From NCBI RefSeq assembly GCF_009914755.1, contig NC_060928.1: DNA of 64,000 nucleotides, one strand, 5' to 3'. The notes beneath the pieces were generated by a model. It worked only from the letters and a program-made list of their open reading frames with translations, was not told the origin of the DNA and ran no database searches. This document shows, piece by piece, positions 25,039-41,251 of the stretch. Positions within the stretch are counted from its first letter, which is position 1. Each line of letters begins with the position of its first letter. The position numbers and the translations under genes were made by a program. The DNA comes from the human T2T-CHM13v2.0 reference genome, Homo sapiens.

Positions 25039-25262
25039 AACAGAGGCAAAAAACTTTTTCTGTAAAGGGCCAGATAATAAATATTTTTGACTTTGAATAT
25101 CATACAGTTTTGTCACCACTATGCAATTCTGCCACTGTAGCAAAAAGCAGCTGTAAAAAAAATTTTAAATAAATGGGTGTGGCTCTGTTCCAATAAAACT
25201 TTATTTATAAAAATAGACAATGGGCAGGATTTGGCCCACAGGTCCAACTTTGCCAAACTCTG
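25039..25262. mobile_element. MER58A-like hAT-Charlie element
   Basis: aactttttctgtaaagggccagataataaatattttt...gttccaataaaactttatttataaaa...tttgccaaactctg. Confidence 0.85.
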
Positions 25263-25637
25263 ACCTAGAGTTATGTTTCCCAGCACATCCCAGCATTGTG
25301 TAATGTTTCCATACCCCTGGATACACTTTGTGAAAGGAAAATATCTTGGACCCCCAAAATCACTAAGGAAAACTCAAGCTGGAAACTGCTTAGGGCAAAC
25401 TTGCCTCCCATTCTATTCAAAGTCACTCTTCTGTTCATTGAGATAGAGGCATATCTTATTTGCCTCCTTTGGAAAGGCTAACCAGAAACTCAAAATAATG
25501 TAACCATTTCTGTATCACCTACCTGTGACCTGGAAGCTCCCTCCCCACTTCCAGTGTTCCTGCCTTTGCTTCAAGTTGTCCTGCCTTTCTAGACTGAACC
25601 AATGTACTTCTTACATATATTGATTGATGTCTCATGT

Positions 25638-26099
25638 TAAGGGAGGAGACCACCCCTCATATTGTCTTATGCCCAATTTCGGCCTCCAAAGAAAGAAGAA
25701 ATAAAATCTAAAAGGCAGAAATGAAATCCACAGGCAGACAGCCCGGCACCACACCCTGGGACTGGTTGTTAAAGATCGACCACTGACCTAACCGGTTATG
25801 TTATCTATAGATTCCAGACATTGTATGGAAAAGCATTGTGAAAATCCCTGTTCTGTTCTGTTCCGTTCTGATTACCAGTGCATGCAGCCCCCAGTCATGT
25901 ACCCGCTGCTTGCTCAATTGATCATGACCCTCTCACGCGAACCCCCTTAGAGTTGTAAGCCCTTAAAAGGGACAGGAATTGCTCACATGGGGAGCTCGGC
26001 TTTTGAGACACAAGTCTGCCAAAGCTCCCAGCCAAATAAAGCTCCTTCCTTCTTTAACCCAGTGTCTGAGGAATTCTGTCTGTGGCTGGTCGTGCTACA
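25638..26099 (+). mobile_element. LTR2 (HERV-E/Harlequin) solo LTR inserted in the MER4 5' LTR
   Basis: taagggaggagaccacccctcatattgtcttatgcccaattt...gctaca; TSD atgt/atgt; absent from the sister 3' LTR. Confidence 0.88.
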
Positions 26100-27625
26100 A
26101 TGTCTCCCTGAATGTATAAAACCAAGCTGTGTCCTGACCACCTTGGGCACGTGTGGTCAGGACTTTCTGAGGTTGTATCACAGGCACGTCCTCAACCTTG
26201 GCAAAATAAACTTTCTAAATTAACTGAGACTTGTCTCAGATTTTCTGGGTTCACATTTTGGTAATCACGAAGGGATTCTGAGTGGAGATACCCCTGACCT
26301 TTGACAAATCTCCTATCAGTGCTTGGTACCAACATGAACTAACTTTATGGCTCAAACCAATGGGACAATTTGCTGAGGTCTGAGAGCACCCCCTCCAGAG
26401 AATCCCTGAGCTCCAAAAATTTGGGCTAGATTTAAAGTTTATTTTGCTGTACAACTTCCCTTTTTTTGGAGTTTTACTTGCTTCCAACAGGAAGGCAAGT
26501 TTTCCTGCTTCCATGACAATGGAAGGCAGATAACTCCTTTATGGAGTTTGAGCTTGCTTACAAGAAGGAAGATGAGGTTTTTTTCCTACCTCTAGGATGG
26601 TAGAGAGCAATCTACAGCCTGAGGCCCATCACGAGGTAAAAAACTGGTTTGGGATTCTGTCTTCCAAATTCTTTTTAAATAACTAAAGTTAGCATTAACA
26701 ACAAGCTGGTGTTAATTTCTGCTTAAACTTAGAGCTCTCAGAAATTGTATAATTTGTGTGATCATTGTTAGTTTAGCAGCATTTTGTCTTAGCTGAAATA
26801 TGGTAATGAAATTTAAAAAGATTTTTTGTTGTTGTTAAAGGAGCTCAATAGTTAAAAGTCAGCTTAATTAAAAGGCTAACATCCAAGATGTGTGCATGTA
26901 TGTATGCATTTGTGCATGTATTTAAAAGGCCTTCATGTTTTGGGGTTTTTTTGTTTGTTTTTCTCTCCTAAGACCTTGCCTTTTTTTTTGAGCAAAAGTT
27001 TTATTTTTTTCTCTTCAGTTGACTGAATTCTGTTTTCACCCGATTTTTTGACTAAAATAGTATTGCAACAGAGGCTACTCTTGGGTTTTTAAGGAAGAAT
27101 GTAGTTTAGACACTCAGAAATGTCTTCACTTTAAAAAAATTTTGAGTGCACTTTAAAAGCATCTCCCTCTAGCATCACCAGACTTTTGCTCTGTACCTTA
27201 TGATGTAAATTTTGCTATTTGATTTTCACCTCAGTTGTTTCCTTTAATATGCAAATTTAAGGCTATTTAGCTGACAACTGCTTAGGGTTGTGAAACAGAT
27301 TATCAAGAATCTGAAAGTCTAAGATAGAAAAAAACAGGGGGGGAGGGTCTTTATAAATCTATAAAATGTACTTCCACAGCAAGCCTAATACATTTTTATA
27401 TGTATTTACGTGTTATGTACAGAATGTTTTACTACTAAAAACACATAAAAGAGCTCTAATTAACTGGCTTAAAAAAATTAAAAGCGCCTAAATTAGATAC
27501 TAAAAAAGAAAAGACTAGTCAAATGCTTTTTCAAGTTTATATTTTGTAAATTTTACAATAAAATTTTTAATAAAATTAAGTAAAATTTTTAATAAACAAG
27601 TTAGCTTTAAAAATATTGGTAAAGT

Positions 27626-27914
27626 GGCCGGGCACGGTGGCTCACACCTGTAATCCCAGCACTGTGGGAGGCCAAGGTGGGTGGATCACGAGGTCAGGCT
27701 AACCATCCCGGCTAACATGGTAAAACCCCATGTCTACTAAAAATACAAAAAAATTAGCTGGGTGTGGTGGTGGGCGCCTATAATCCCAGCTACTCGGGAG
27801 GCTGAGGCAGGAGAATGGCGTAACCCGGAGGTGGCTTGCAGTGAGCTGAGATCACACCACTGCACTCCAGCCTGGGTGACAGAGCAAGACTCTGTCTCAA
27901 AAAAAAAAAAAAAA
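27626..27914 (+). mobile_element. Alu (AluY/AluSc-like) inside MER4-int
   Basis: ggccgggcacggtggctcac...ggctaac...gagaatggcgt; TSD core tattggtaaagt on both sides. Confidence 0.92.
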
Positions 27915-30900
27915 GTATTGGTAAAGTAATATTAGAAATGTCTTAAGAATTGCCCAGCATACGTTTTTGTTTGAATGTTAATTGAGCAATTTCATACTTA
28001 TCCCTGCCAAATACTACAAGGTGTCAAAATTTGCCATAGGGGTTACAAAACTGTAAACCCATCCCAAATCAGAATGATTTTTGTGCAAGTAATTTTTAAT
28101 AAATAAGACACTGATATGGGTTTAATGAAAATAGCTGCATCTTGAATTTAGTAAGACTACCATAACTTCTAATCCTGCAGCTTTAGGCAGTCTAGTCCAC
28201 AGACAATAAGGAGGTTTGTTTGGGGAAAGGACTGTTATCACCTTTCTTTCAAAGCTAAACTATACACTAAGTTTCTCCCAAAATTAGTTCAGTCTATGCC
28301 CAGGAATGAAAAAGGATGGCTTGGAGGTTATGAGCAAGATGGAGTCAGTTAGGTCAACTCTTTTATGCACTGTCTCAGCTATAATTTTGCAATGGTGGTT
28401 TCAGAACTTTAAATCATGACTATCACAGCTTTCATAAATAATCTAGGTAAACAATTAAAATAAAATAATTAGGTAAATGTAATGGGATAAATACTTGTAG
28501 GCAAACTGGTCATAATTTAGAATGTAAAGTTAAATTAAATAATAGATATTTCATTATTTGGGTATTTCCCAATAAATATATATTGTAGGAAAACATTCTT
28601 GCTAAAAAAAAAAGAAAGAATGAAAAGAAAAACATTGAAGTGTATCTTTTTTTAAAAAAAAAGGTGAAAATTTTTGTCTAATTCAAAGCTTATTTAAAGG
28701 TTATGTATAAAACAAGGCAAAAGGAACCAGGAAATAAAAAAATATGTAAAGGAAGTTATAAAATTAAGGAAGTTTTTTTGAGGTAAAAAAGCTTAAAGAA
28801 AAATAATTTTATATAAGAAAAAAATCTTGTATGGTAAATTTAGTCCTAAAATGAAATAGCTGGTTATTTAAAAAGGAGGGATATTCACGACAAACCAGAA
28901 AGTCATGAATGGTCCATGTAAGTCACAATAAGAGGATTTATATATATTAAAAAAGAAAACCAAAAACTTTAATATAATCAGGTTGTCATATTATTGTTAA
29001 GTTTTAGTTGGTTAGGAAAAAAAAACTAAGAAAATTTTAAATTAAGGTTATTACATCCATGTATTTCCCCGTATGTGCTTTTGAAGTCCTTGTACATTGA
29101 GTTACAGGGCTTTAACTCCTGGGTCCAAAAAGGACACCAAGTTCTGCTAAATCTTAAACACCGACAGCAATTAAAGCCTCATCTTCAGGCCCCATAGAAG
29201 ATGCCAATCAAGATAAACTGCTTTCCTGAGACACAGGGCAAGAAATTAAAGCTATTCAACTCCTCAAGGCCCAGGAACTATTGCAGAAGAAATGGGAGTG
29301 TAAGATTGTAAGGGCCAATTTTGAAAGATAAAATAAGTTCAGTTTATCTATAAATTAATTATTAATGTTAAAGGCACACTGATGCAAAACCAGTATATGG
29401 ACCCTTGAGTCAGATTAACAAGGTTTTCTTGAAGCATTAACCAACTCCTTAATAAAGGTTATAAAAGGCTTATGGAAGTTATATTTTATAATCAAGATTT
29501 AATTTTATAGATTGTTTACAAAATTTTGAAAAACAAATGTAATTGGTTTCATGCTGTTTTTATTAGGGCTTCTTGTTTAGAAAATTAAGTCTCCTCTCTC
29601 AAATAATGAAGATTATTGCTTTTTTTGAAATCCTTGAATTATCATTTTGTTAAACAAATTACTTTACAATGACTTGTAATCCTATTTTGTAATATCAAGG
29701 GTCTTAAACCTTTTATATTTGACAGACTTTGCAAAATCAAATTATGAATTATGTCTTTCTCCAACCTAATTTATCCTTTAAGACATTAGGTTCTCTAAAG
29801 TCCAAAAATGATGAAATTTGGCTTATTTGGTATAAAAAGTTATACAGGAAGCATTGTCAAATATGAAATGGTGTTTGGGTTTCTTTGGGCTGTATTTGTG
29901 TAAATACATTATTGGTATGTGTTCCAAATACACATACCAATAAATTGGTATGTGTACCAAATAAATATATTATTGGTATGTGTTCCAAAGTTATGGGAAA
30001 CTCCTGTAATTCTGGTATAACTTCGTGTACATTATCAGTAATAATCATAATTGCTATGTTAAAATTATTGTGTAGCACAGATGTAACAAATTTCCTTGTC
30101 AATTGTGCCTTTTAACTATGGCTGCCTTAAAACTTATTTTCATCCATGGATAATTGTTGTCTTGTTTCAGTCCTCTTTAAAAGATGGTTTTATAATCAGC
30201 TATAAATCTCCAACAGGTGTTCTTGAATGCAGGTTTCCAATAACTTTGGAAGCTGCGACATGAGAATAGAGGAAAAACTTTCAGGACTCATGGAGAGCTA
30301 AAACGATCATGAGTATCAGGCAGAACAGGAATTAACTGCATGGACTGAACCAATCTTTTTGACTTTTTGCTTAATATGTTTGCTGATCCTTTTTGTTTAT
30401 TTGTTTTTCAGAGTCTTAAAACTTTTCTTTGAGCTATTGACAGCTTTTAACAATTTAGTATACTCCTATAAACAAAATTTGGAGCATATTTTTTTCTCTC
30501 TACCTGATTTCTCCAGAATTGGAAACTACTTGTGAGTGTTCTTAACTTACAATACAGTTATTTGCATAAGTGCAATAATGTGTTTTCATTTGTAACAGGA
30601 CACAATTGGAGAAACTGGTTATTCTACCAACGCTTTGACTGGAATGGTGTGCTTTCCTTTAAGGAATTAAACTTGACTTATGGAGCCAATAAAGCCCTTG
30701 GAAAAACTGGCCTCATATTTTGTGTACACAGTCCCTGTACAGGGTTTCTGACCTGTGGTAAATAAAGAATATCACTTCCTCACAAGCTCAGAAGCCCCAG
30801 GCTTATCTTGGAACCTCAAGAGGAGAGGAAATTTCACCCAACTCATGGGTATTTGATGGCACAGATCTGTGGCTGGGCTAGGCTTTAAAAAGTCTTATCT

Positions 30901-30917
30901 GAGATTCCTCTTATGGA

Positions 30918-31418
30918 ATCCCCCTTCTCCTTTGTTTTTCTTCCTTTCTTTACAGATTCAAGAGATAATCAGCTAAGAGCCAGGCACTCTTTTAGTCCCA
31001 TAAGAAACATTTTACAACCTGCTCTCTCTCTGAAGTCTGCATCTGAGAGATGCCTCTGCACAATAAAACTTGGTCTCCACAATTCTTTATCTTAACCTGA
31101 ACATTCCTTTCCATTGATCCCAGGTCTTCAGATAAACAACCAATTGTCAATCAGAAAATGTTTAAATCTACCCATAGCCTGGAAGCCCTCCTTTGAGCTG
31201 TCCCACCTTTCTGAACCAAAACAATATATTTCTTAATTGTATTTGATGGATGTCTCATGCCTCCCTAAAACACATAAAATCAAGCTGTACCCCGTCCACC
31301 TTGGGTGCATGTTCTCAGGACCTCCTGAGGGCTGTGTCATGTGGCCATAGTCACTCATATTTGGCTCAGAATAAATCTCTTCAAATATTTTACAGAGTTT
31401 GAGTCTTTTGGTGAACAA
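30918..31418 (+). mobile_element. 5'-truncated MER4D/E-type LTR nested in MER4-int
   Basis: LTR 3' text gtcactcatatttggctcagaataaatctcttcaaatattttacagagtttg; partial similarity to the flanking MER4A1 LTRs. Confidence 0.7.
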
Positions 31419-32959
31419 CCTGTTGTTAGATTCCAGTCGTGACTAATTTTTTTTTTCCAATTTTTATTATTTTCTACAGTCTGGACCAAATTTTTACTTT
31501 TCTTGGCTACAAGTCTTCAAAATAATGTTTTCAATTTTTTTCCTTCTCTTTTTTATTTTTCCTACTTTGGAGTCACTGAAAACTAATGGTGCTTTCTTAA
31601 AACCCTGCGAACTGAAGTCAGACAACCTAAAGTTCACCTATTTATGTACATAAGCCACTTTCATACCTACCTACTAATGTATGGACTTCAGAGTAATGAG
31701 GCCTGTGTCAATTTTTCCAGGGTTGTTATTTTGTTGTTGTTTTTTCTCCCTTCCTCTCCCCTGTTTTCTCTTCACAGGACTGAGACTTCATGACCTGCTA
31801 AAAATGAGCTTTTCGGACCTACCCATCTAGGAATAAACTGTCCTAGCCATGAGAGATCAGATGAAACCTGAGGCCAGAGACTCATTTTCTTGTAAAATGC
31901 TTTCTCCAAAAGATTTTAAAAAAGAAAAGGGGAGAAATGTGAAAGGAAAGTATTTTGGGCCCCTAAAATCACTAAAGAAAACTCAAGCTGGAAACTGCTT
32001 AGGGCAAACCTGCCTCCCATTCTATTCAAAGTCACTCCTCTGCTCATTGAGATAGAGGCATATCTCATTTGCCTCCTTTGGAAGGGCTAACCAGAAACTC
32101 AAAATAACGTAACCATTTCTGTATCACCTATCTGTGACCTGGAAGCTCCCTCCCCACTTCCAGTGTTCCTGCCTTTGCTTCAACTTGTCCCGCCTTTCCA
32201 GACTGAACCAATGTACTTCTTACATATATTGATTGATGTCTCATATCTCCCTAAATGTATAAAACCAAGATGTGCCCTGACCACCTTGGGCACATGTCAT
32301 CAGGACTTCCTGAGGCTGTGACACAGGTGCACCTTCAACCTTGGCAAAATAAACTTTCTAAATTAACTGAGACTGTCTCAGATTTTCTGGGTTCACAACT
32401 TTCACTTTGGAATTTTAAAAATCATTTCTTCATTTGGGGGTAGTATATGGTAAAGAAGTAATTTTAGATCATTGTGTTATTAAAAACGGTTGCATTGACT
32501 TTATAACCATGGCATGTTCATAACATATAAAACTAAATTTTTACTCTCTCCCCTTTAACAAGTGACATATTTTAGCTCTTATCATTCATGCTGAGAATAT
32601 TTTCTACATGACAGGATAATACAGAGAGCTTCAGTTTCCCCTGTGCAGATGTGGATTATCCTTATCATTCCTAAATAAAATGCCATTTGAAAAAAATCAT
32701 CACTAAATGTTTTTTTTCTTTTCATATAGGTATTTGAAATACTGGAGATACTTTGACATGCAATATGAGAAAGCTAAAGAATGGAACTTTTGTATCTGTT
32801 GAAAATCAAGTTGAAATAAAATTCAAGAATTATCATCTCCAGGATGTCCTTTCAAATCCCAACATATACACTAGATTACATCCCCCTGCTACATATTCTC
32901 ATAATCATGTAAACCTTTTATTTTGGGAATGACACAGGAGCCGAAAACAGAAGTCACAT

Positions 32960-33520
32960 GGGAGCTGAGATCCTGCATATGTCCAATCATACCAGTCCCT
33001 CTCCTCACAACCCTCCATGGGTGTCATTTCACTCAGAGCAAAAATCAAAGTCTTAACACTTGCTTAGAAGGCCCGGACCTCAATTCCTGCCCTCTTCCCC
33101 TTTGCGTGTTCCACTCGAGCTTCCTTGCAGTTCTCAAACATGCCAAACCCTTTTTCTTATCAAGGCCTTTGCTCTTGACCTTCCCTCTTCCTGGAGCACA
33201 TTGCCTGATATGTGTATGACCCATTCTTTTATTTCTTTCAGATCTCTGCAGAAATGTTAACTTCTTGGTGATACTGACTTAAGGAGCATTCCATGTAAAA
33301 TATCACCAGCAGTGTCACTCCCTGTCTCCTTTCTCTTTCTTGATTTTTCTCTATAATACTTATGAAAGTCTAACTTAGTATCTATATATTGGTTTATCTG
33401 TTCTCTGATATTGCACAAGGATTAAAACCATTTAATTCACTCCTCTATGCCCACTACTTAGAGCAATGCTTAGCAGGCAATTTGTGCTTAGTAACTGTTT
33501 GCTAAATATGAATGCATAGC
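32960..33520 (+). mobile_element. L2 fragments
   Basis: ctcacaaccctccatggg; caaggcctttgctcttgaccttccctcttcctgg. Confidence 0.6.
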
Positions 33521-33656
33521 ATGTATTTAGTTTGTACTTGTATTATTGTGTGATAATTTGATTGAAGTTTGTTTTAGTCAAAACTGTAAACTCTAACTCA
33601 GAGTCTTTATCTGTTTTTATCCTTTTATCTATTTATGTAGAAAGAGTGCATATATA

Positions 33657-34200
33657 TTTTTTTCCATAGGTTTGGGGGGACTAGGTGGCATTTGGTTACA
33701 TGATCAGTGGTCATTTGTGAGGTTTTGGTGCACCCATCATCCAAGCAGTATACACTGAATGCAATTTGTAGCACTTTATCACTTACTCACTTCCCACCCT
33801 TTCCCCTCAAGTCACCAAAGTCCATTGTGTCATTCTTATGCCTTTGCATCCTCATAGCTTAGCTCCCACTTATGAGTGAGAACATAAGGTGTTTGGTTTT
33901 TCATTCTTGAGTTACTTCACTTAGAATAATAGTTTCCAGTTCCATCCAAGTTGCTGTGAATGCCATTAATTCATTCCTTTTTATGGCTGAGTTGTATTCC
34001 ATTATATTTATATATTATGTGTGTATGTGTGTGTGTGTATATACATATATATATGTGTGTGTATATATATATTATATATATATCGGTTTCTTTACTCATT
34101 GATTGGTGGGCATTTGGACTGGTTCCTTATTTTTGCAATTGCAAATTGTGCTGCTACAAACGTGCATGTGCAGGAATCTTTTTGTATAATGACTTGTTTT
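33657..34200 (-). mobile_element. L1PB1-like 3' end containing a (TA/TG)n microsatellite at about 34005-34083
   Basis: tttccataggtttgggggg...ttttggtgcacccatca...ctcatagcttagctcccacttatgagtgagaac. Confidence 0.85.
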
Positions 34201-34331
34201 CAAGAGTGTGCCTATACTATATTAGCAGCGTTCTACAGACTACACAAAAACTTTTGTTTTCATAGAGCCTACATTCTAAAGGTCACTAATTAATTACTTA
34301 CATATAACATAGTGACTGCTACTTAGTACAA

Positions 34332-35333
34332 TGTGGCTGGTTGTATTTCCCAAATAAGACGTAACATTTCCCATATGTTAGGAGTTGAATTGTGACCCAG
34401 CAAAAGACATAATGAATTCCTAACTCCCAGTACCTCAGAATGTAACCAAACTTGGAAATAAGGTCATTACAAATGTAATTAGTTCAGATGAGGCCATACT
34501 AGAGAGTAGGATGAGCCTTTAATGCAATGTGACTGGTGTCCTCAGAAGAAAAGCAGAAAGAGACAGACAGCAAGAGGATGTCATGTGACAATGGAAGCAG
34601 AGATTGAAGTTATGCAGCTACAAGCCAAAGATCGCTGTCAACAGCAGAAGCTAAGAGAAAGGTGTCGAACAGTTTCTTTCTTGAGCTATTGAAAGGATAT
34701 GGCCCTGCAACACCTTGATTTCAGACTTCCAGCCTCTAGAACCGTGAGAATAAAACTTTCTGTTGTTTTAAGTTACCCATTGTGTGGTACTTTGTTGCAA
34801 CAGTCCTAGGAAACTAATATAGCATCCCACATGTTCTTCTTCAAATGTGACCTTGGCACTCCTTCCATCAAGTAGGAGGGACTTCTCCCCTTGAACTTGA
34901 GTGAATGTTTATCACTGTCTCAACCACTACAAAGGAAGTGATGTCATGTGACTTCTGAAGCTAGGTCATAAACATGTCGTCCACTTTTGCATTGTTCTGT
35001 TGGGATCCCGGCTCTTGAAATCTATTCACATGCTGTGTGGAAGCCCAAGCAGTCAATGTCGCAGCCTGTGTGGAAAGGTACCAAAGTACCTGGCCCAGAG
35101 CCTTGACTGAACTCCCAGCCAACACCAACTTGCCAGCCATGTGGGTGAATTATCTTTAAGGTGGATTCTCCAGCTCCCAGTGAAGCCACCCCAGCTAAAA
35201 TTATGTGGAGCAAAGATGAACTATCCCCATTGAGCCCTTCCAAAATATAGATTCATGAGCAAAATAAATGATTGTTTTTATGTTAAGCCAAATTTAGGGA
35301 TAGTTTATTACACAGCAATAGAAAACCAATGCA
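34332..35333 (+). mobile_element. Old MLT1 (G/H-like) LTR interrupted by an MLT1B-like LTR at 34376-34820
   Basis: Inner element tgttaggagttgaattgtg...cccagtacctcagaatgtaacc...ggaaactaatata; outer element ends cagcaatagaaaaccaatgca. Confidence 0.7.
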
Positions 35334-35438
35334 TACATGTTAATTATTTAGTGAATGAACAAATAAACAAATCCCCACTTCATACTGCCAACATGGCTTA
35401 GTGACATTAAGTACATCCCTCAAAACTGATCTAATTTA

Positions 35439-36344
35439 GAGGGAGGAGCCAAGATGGCCGAATAGGAACAGCTCCGGTCTACAGCTCCCAGCGTGAGCGA
35501 CGCAGAAGACGGGTGATTTCTGCATTTCCATCTGAGGTACCGGGTTCATCTCACTAGGGAGTGCCAGACAGTGGGCTCAGGCCAGTGTGTGCGCGCACCG
35601 TGCGCGAGCCGAAGCAGGGCGAGGCATTGCCTCACCTGGGAAGCGCAAGGGGTCAGGGAGTTCCCTTTCCAAGTCAAAGAAAGGGGTGACGGACGCACCT
35701 GGAAAATCGGGTCACTCCCACCCGAATATTGCGCTTTTCAGACCGGCTTAAAAAACGGCGCACCACGAGACTATATCCCACACCTGGCTCAGAGGGTCCT
35801 ACGCCCACGGAATCTCGCTGATTGCTAGCACAGCAGTCTGAGATCAAACTGCAAGGCGGCAACGAGGCTGGGGGAGGGGCGCCCGCCATTGCCCAGGCTT
35901 GCTTAGGTAAACAAAGCAGCCCGGAAGCTCGAACTGGGTGGAGCCCACCACAGCTCAAGGAGGCCTGCCTGCCTCTGTAGGCTCCACCTCTGGGGGCAGG
36001 GCACAGACAAACAAAAAGACAGCAGTAACCTCTGCAGACTTAAGTGTCCCTGTCTGACAGCTTTGAAGAGAGCAGTGGTTCTCCCAGCACGCAGCTGGAG
36101 ATCTGAGAACGGGCAGACTGCCTCCTCAAGTGGGTCCCTGACCCCTGACCCCCGAGCAGCCTAACTGGGAGGCACCCCCCAGCAGGGGCACACTGACACC
36201 TCACACGGCAGGGTATTCCAACAGACCTGCAGCTGAGGGTCCTGTCTGTTAGAAGGAAAACTAACAACCAGAAAGGACATCTACGCCGAAAACCTATCTG
36301 TACATCACCATCATCAAAGACCAAAAGTAGATAAAACCACAAAG
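35439..36344 (+). promoter_or_regulatory. L1 5'UTR internal sense promoter and antisense promoter, with YY1 site and CpG-rich region
   Basis: caagatggccg YY1 motif at 35450-60; many retained CpGs; established L1HS architecture. Confidence 0.9.
35674..35889 (-). CDS. ORF0: L1 ORF0 (71 aa, antisense)
   Basis: MAGAPPPASLPPCSLISDCCASNQRDSVGVGPSEPG...RCVRHPFL*; ATG is the cat at 35887-89. Confidence 0.85.
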   Translation of the reverse strand: MAGAPPPASLPPCSLISDCCASNQRDSVGVGPSEPGVGYSLVVRRFLSRSEKRNIRVGVTRFSRCVRHPFL

Positions 36345-37361
36345 ATGGGGAAAAAACAGAACAGAAAAACTGGAAACTCTAAAACGCAGAGCGCCTCTCC
36401 TCCTCCAAAGGAACGCAGTTCCTCACCAGCAACAGAACAAAGCTGGATGGAGAATGATTTTGACGAGCTGAGAGAAGAAGGCTTCAGACGATCAAATTAC
36501 TCTGAGCTACGGGAGGACATTCAAACCAAAGGCAAAGAAGTTGAAAACTTTGAAAAAAATTTAGAAGAATGTATAACTAGAATAACCAATACAGAGAAGT
36601 GCTTAAAGGAGCTGATGGAGCTGAAAACCAAGGCTCGAGAACTACGTGAAGAATGCAGAAGCCTCAGGAGCCGATGCGATCAACTGGAAGAAAGGGTATC
36701 AGCAATGGAAGATGAAATGAATGAAATGAAGCGAGAAGGGAAGTTTAGAGAAAAAATAATAAAAAGAAATGAGCAAAGCCTCCAAGAAATATGGGACTAT
36801 GTGAAAAGACCAAATCTACATCTGATTGGTGTACCTGAAAGTGATGTGGAGAATGGAACCAAGTTGGAAAACACTCTGCAGGATATTATCCAGGAGAACT
36901 TCCCCAATCTAGCAAGGCAGGCCAATGTTCAGATTCAGGAAATACAGAGAACGCCACAAAGATACTCCTCGAGAAGAGCAACTCCAAGACACATAATTGT
37001 CAGATTCACCAAAGTTGAAATGAAGGAAAAAATGTTAAGGGCAGCCAGAGATAAAGGTCGGGTTACCCTCAAAGGAAAGCCCATCAGACTAACAGCGGAT
37101 CTCTCGGCAGAAACCCTACAAGCCAGAAGAGAGTGGGGGCCAATATTCAACATTCTTAAAGAAAAGAATTTTCAACCCAGAATTTCATATCCAGCCAAAC
37201 TAAGCTTCATAAGTGAAGGAGAAATAAAATACTTTATAGACAAGCAAATGCTGAGAGATTTTGTCACCACCAGGCCTGCCCTAAAAGAGCTCCTGAAGGA
37301 AGCGCTAAACATGGAAAGGGACAACCGGTACCAGTCGCTGCAAAATCATGCCAAAATGTAA
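36345..37361 (+). CDS. ORF1: L1 ORF1p RNA-binding protein, 338 aa, open
   Basis: MGKKQNRKTGNSK...ARR...YPAKLS...NHAKM, full length. Confidence 0.97.
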   Translation: MGKKQNRKTGNSKTQSASPPPKERSSSPATEQSWMENDFDELREEGFRRSNYSELREDIQTKGKEVENFEKNLEECITRITNTEKCLKELMELKTKARELREECRSLRSRCDQLEERVSAMEDEMNEMKREGKFREKIIKRNEQSLQEIWDYVKRPNLHLIGVPESDVENGTKLENTLQDIIQENFPNLARQANVQIQEIQRTPQRYSSRRATPRHIIVRFTKVEMKEKMLRAARDKGRVTLKGKPIRLTADLSAETLQARREWGPIFNILKEKNFQPRISYPAKLSFISEGEIKYFIDKQMLRDFVTTRPALKELLKEALNMERDNRYQSLQNHAKM

Positions 37362-37400
37362 AGACCATTGAGACTAGGAAGAAACTGCATCAACTAATGA

Positions 37401-41251
<3,851 letters not shown>

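Larger units (their letters stand above)
25329..32397 (+). mobile_element. Complete non-coding MER4 provirus (MER4A1-type LTRs plus MER4-int)
   Basis: 5' LTR 25329-26255 and 3' LTR 31938-32397 are highly similar (TG...CA). 4-bp TSD actt at 25325-28 and 32398-401; PBS-like tggtaatcacgaaggga after the 5' LTR; polypurine tract before the 3' LTR; AT-rich interior with no long ORF. Confidence 0.92.

Noticed and set aside
15421-25200. Many 60-100 aa ORFs in the six-frame track
   Set aside because: Random-length ORFs, many with non-ATG starts, overlapping L2/MLT/Alu relics, with no recognisable domains or exon structure.
29901-29989. Repeat-spacer-like pattern resembling a CRISPR array
   Set aside because: Eukaryotic context, only 2-3 units, the intervening sequence is an inverted copy of the unit, and there are no cas genes.
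26256-31937. Possible gag/pol/env genes in the provirus
   Set aside because: No long ORFs or retroviral protein motifs; typical AT-rich non-autonomous MER4 interior.
35571-36342. Other ORFs in the L1HS 5'UTR
   Set aside because: Incidental frames common to L1HS copies; only ORF0 is an established product.
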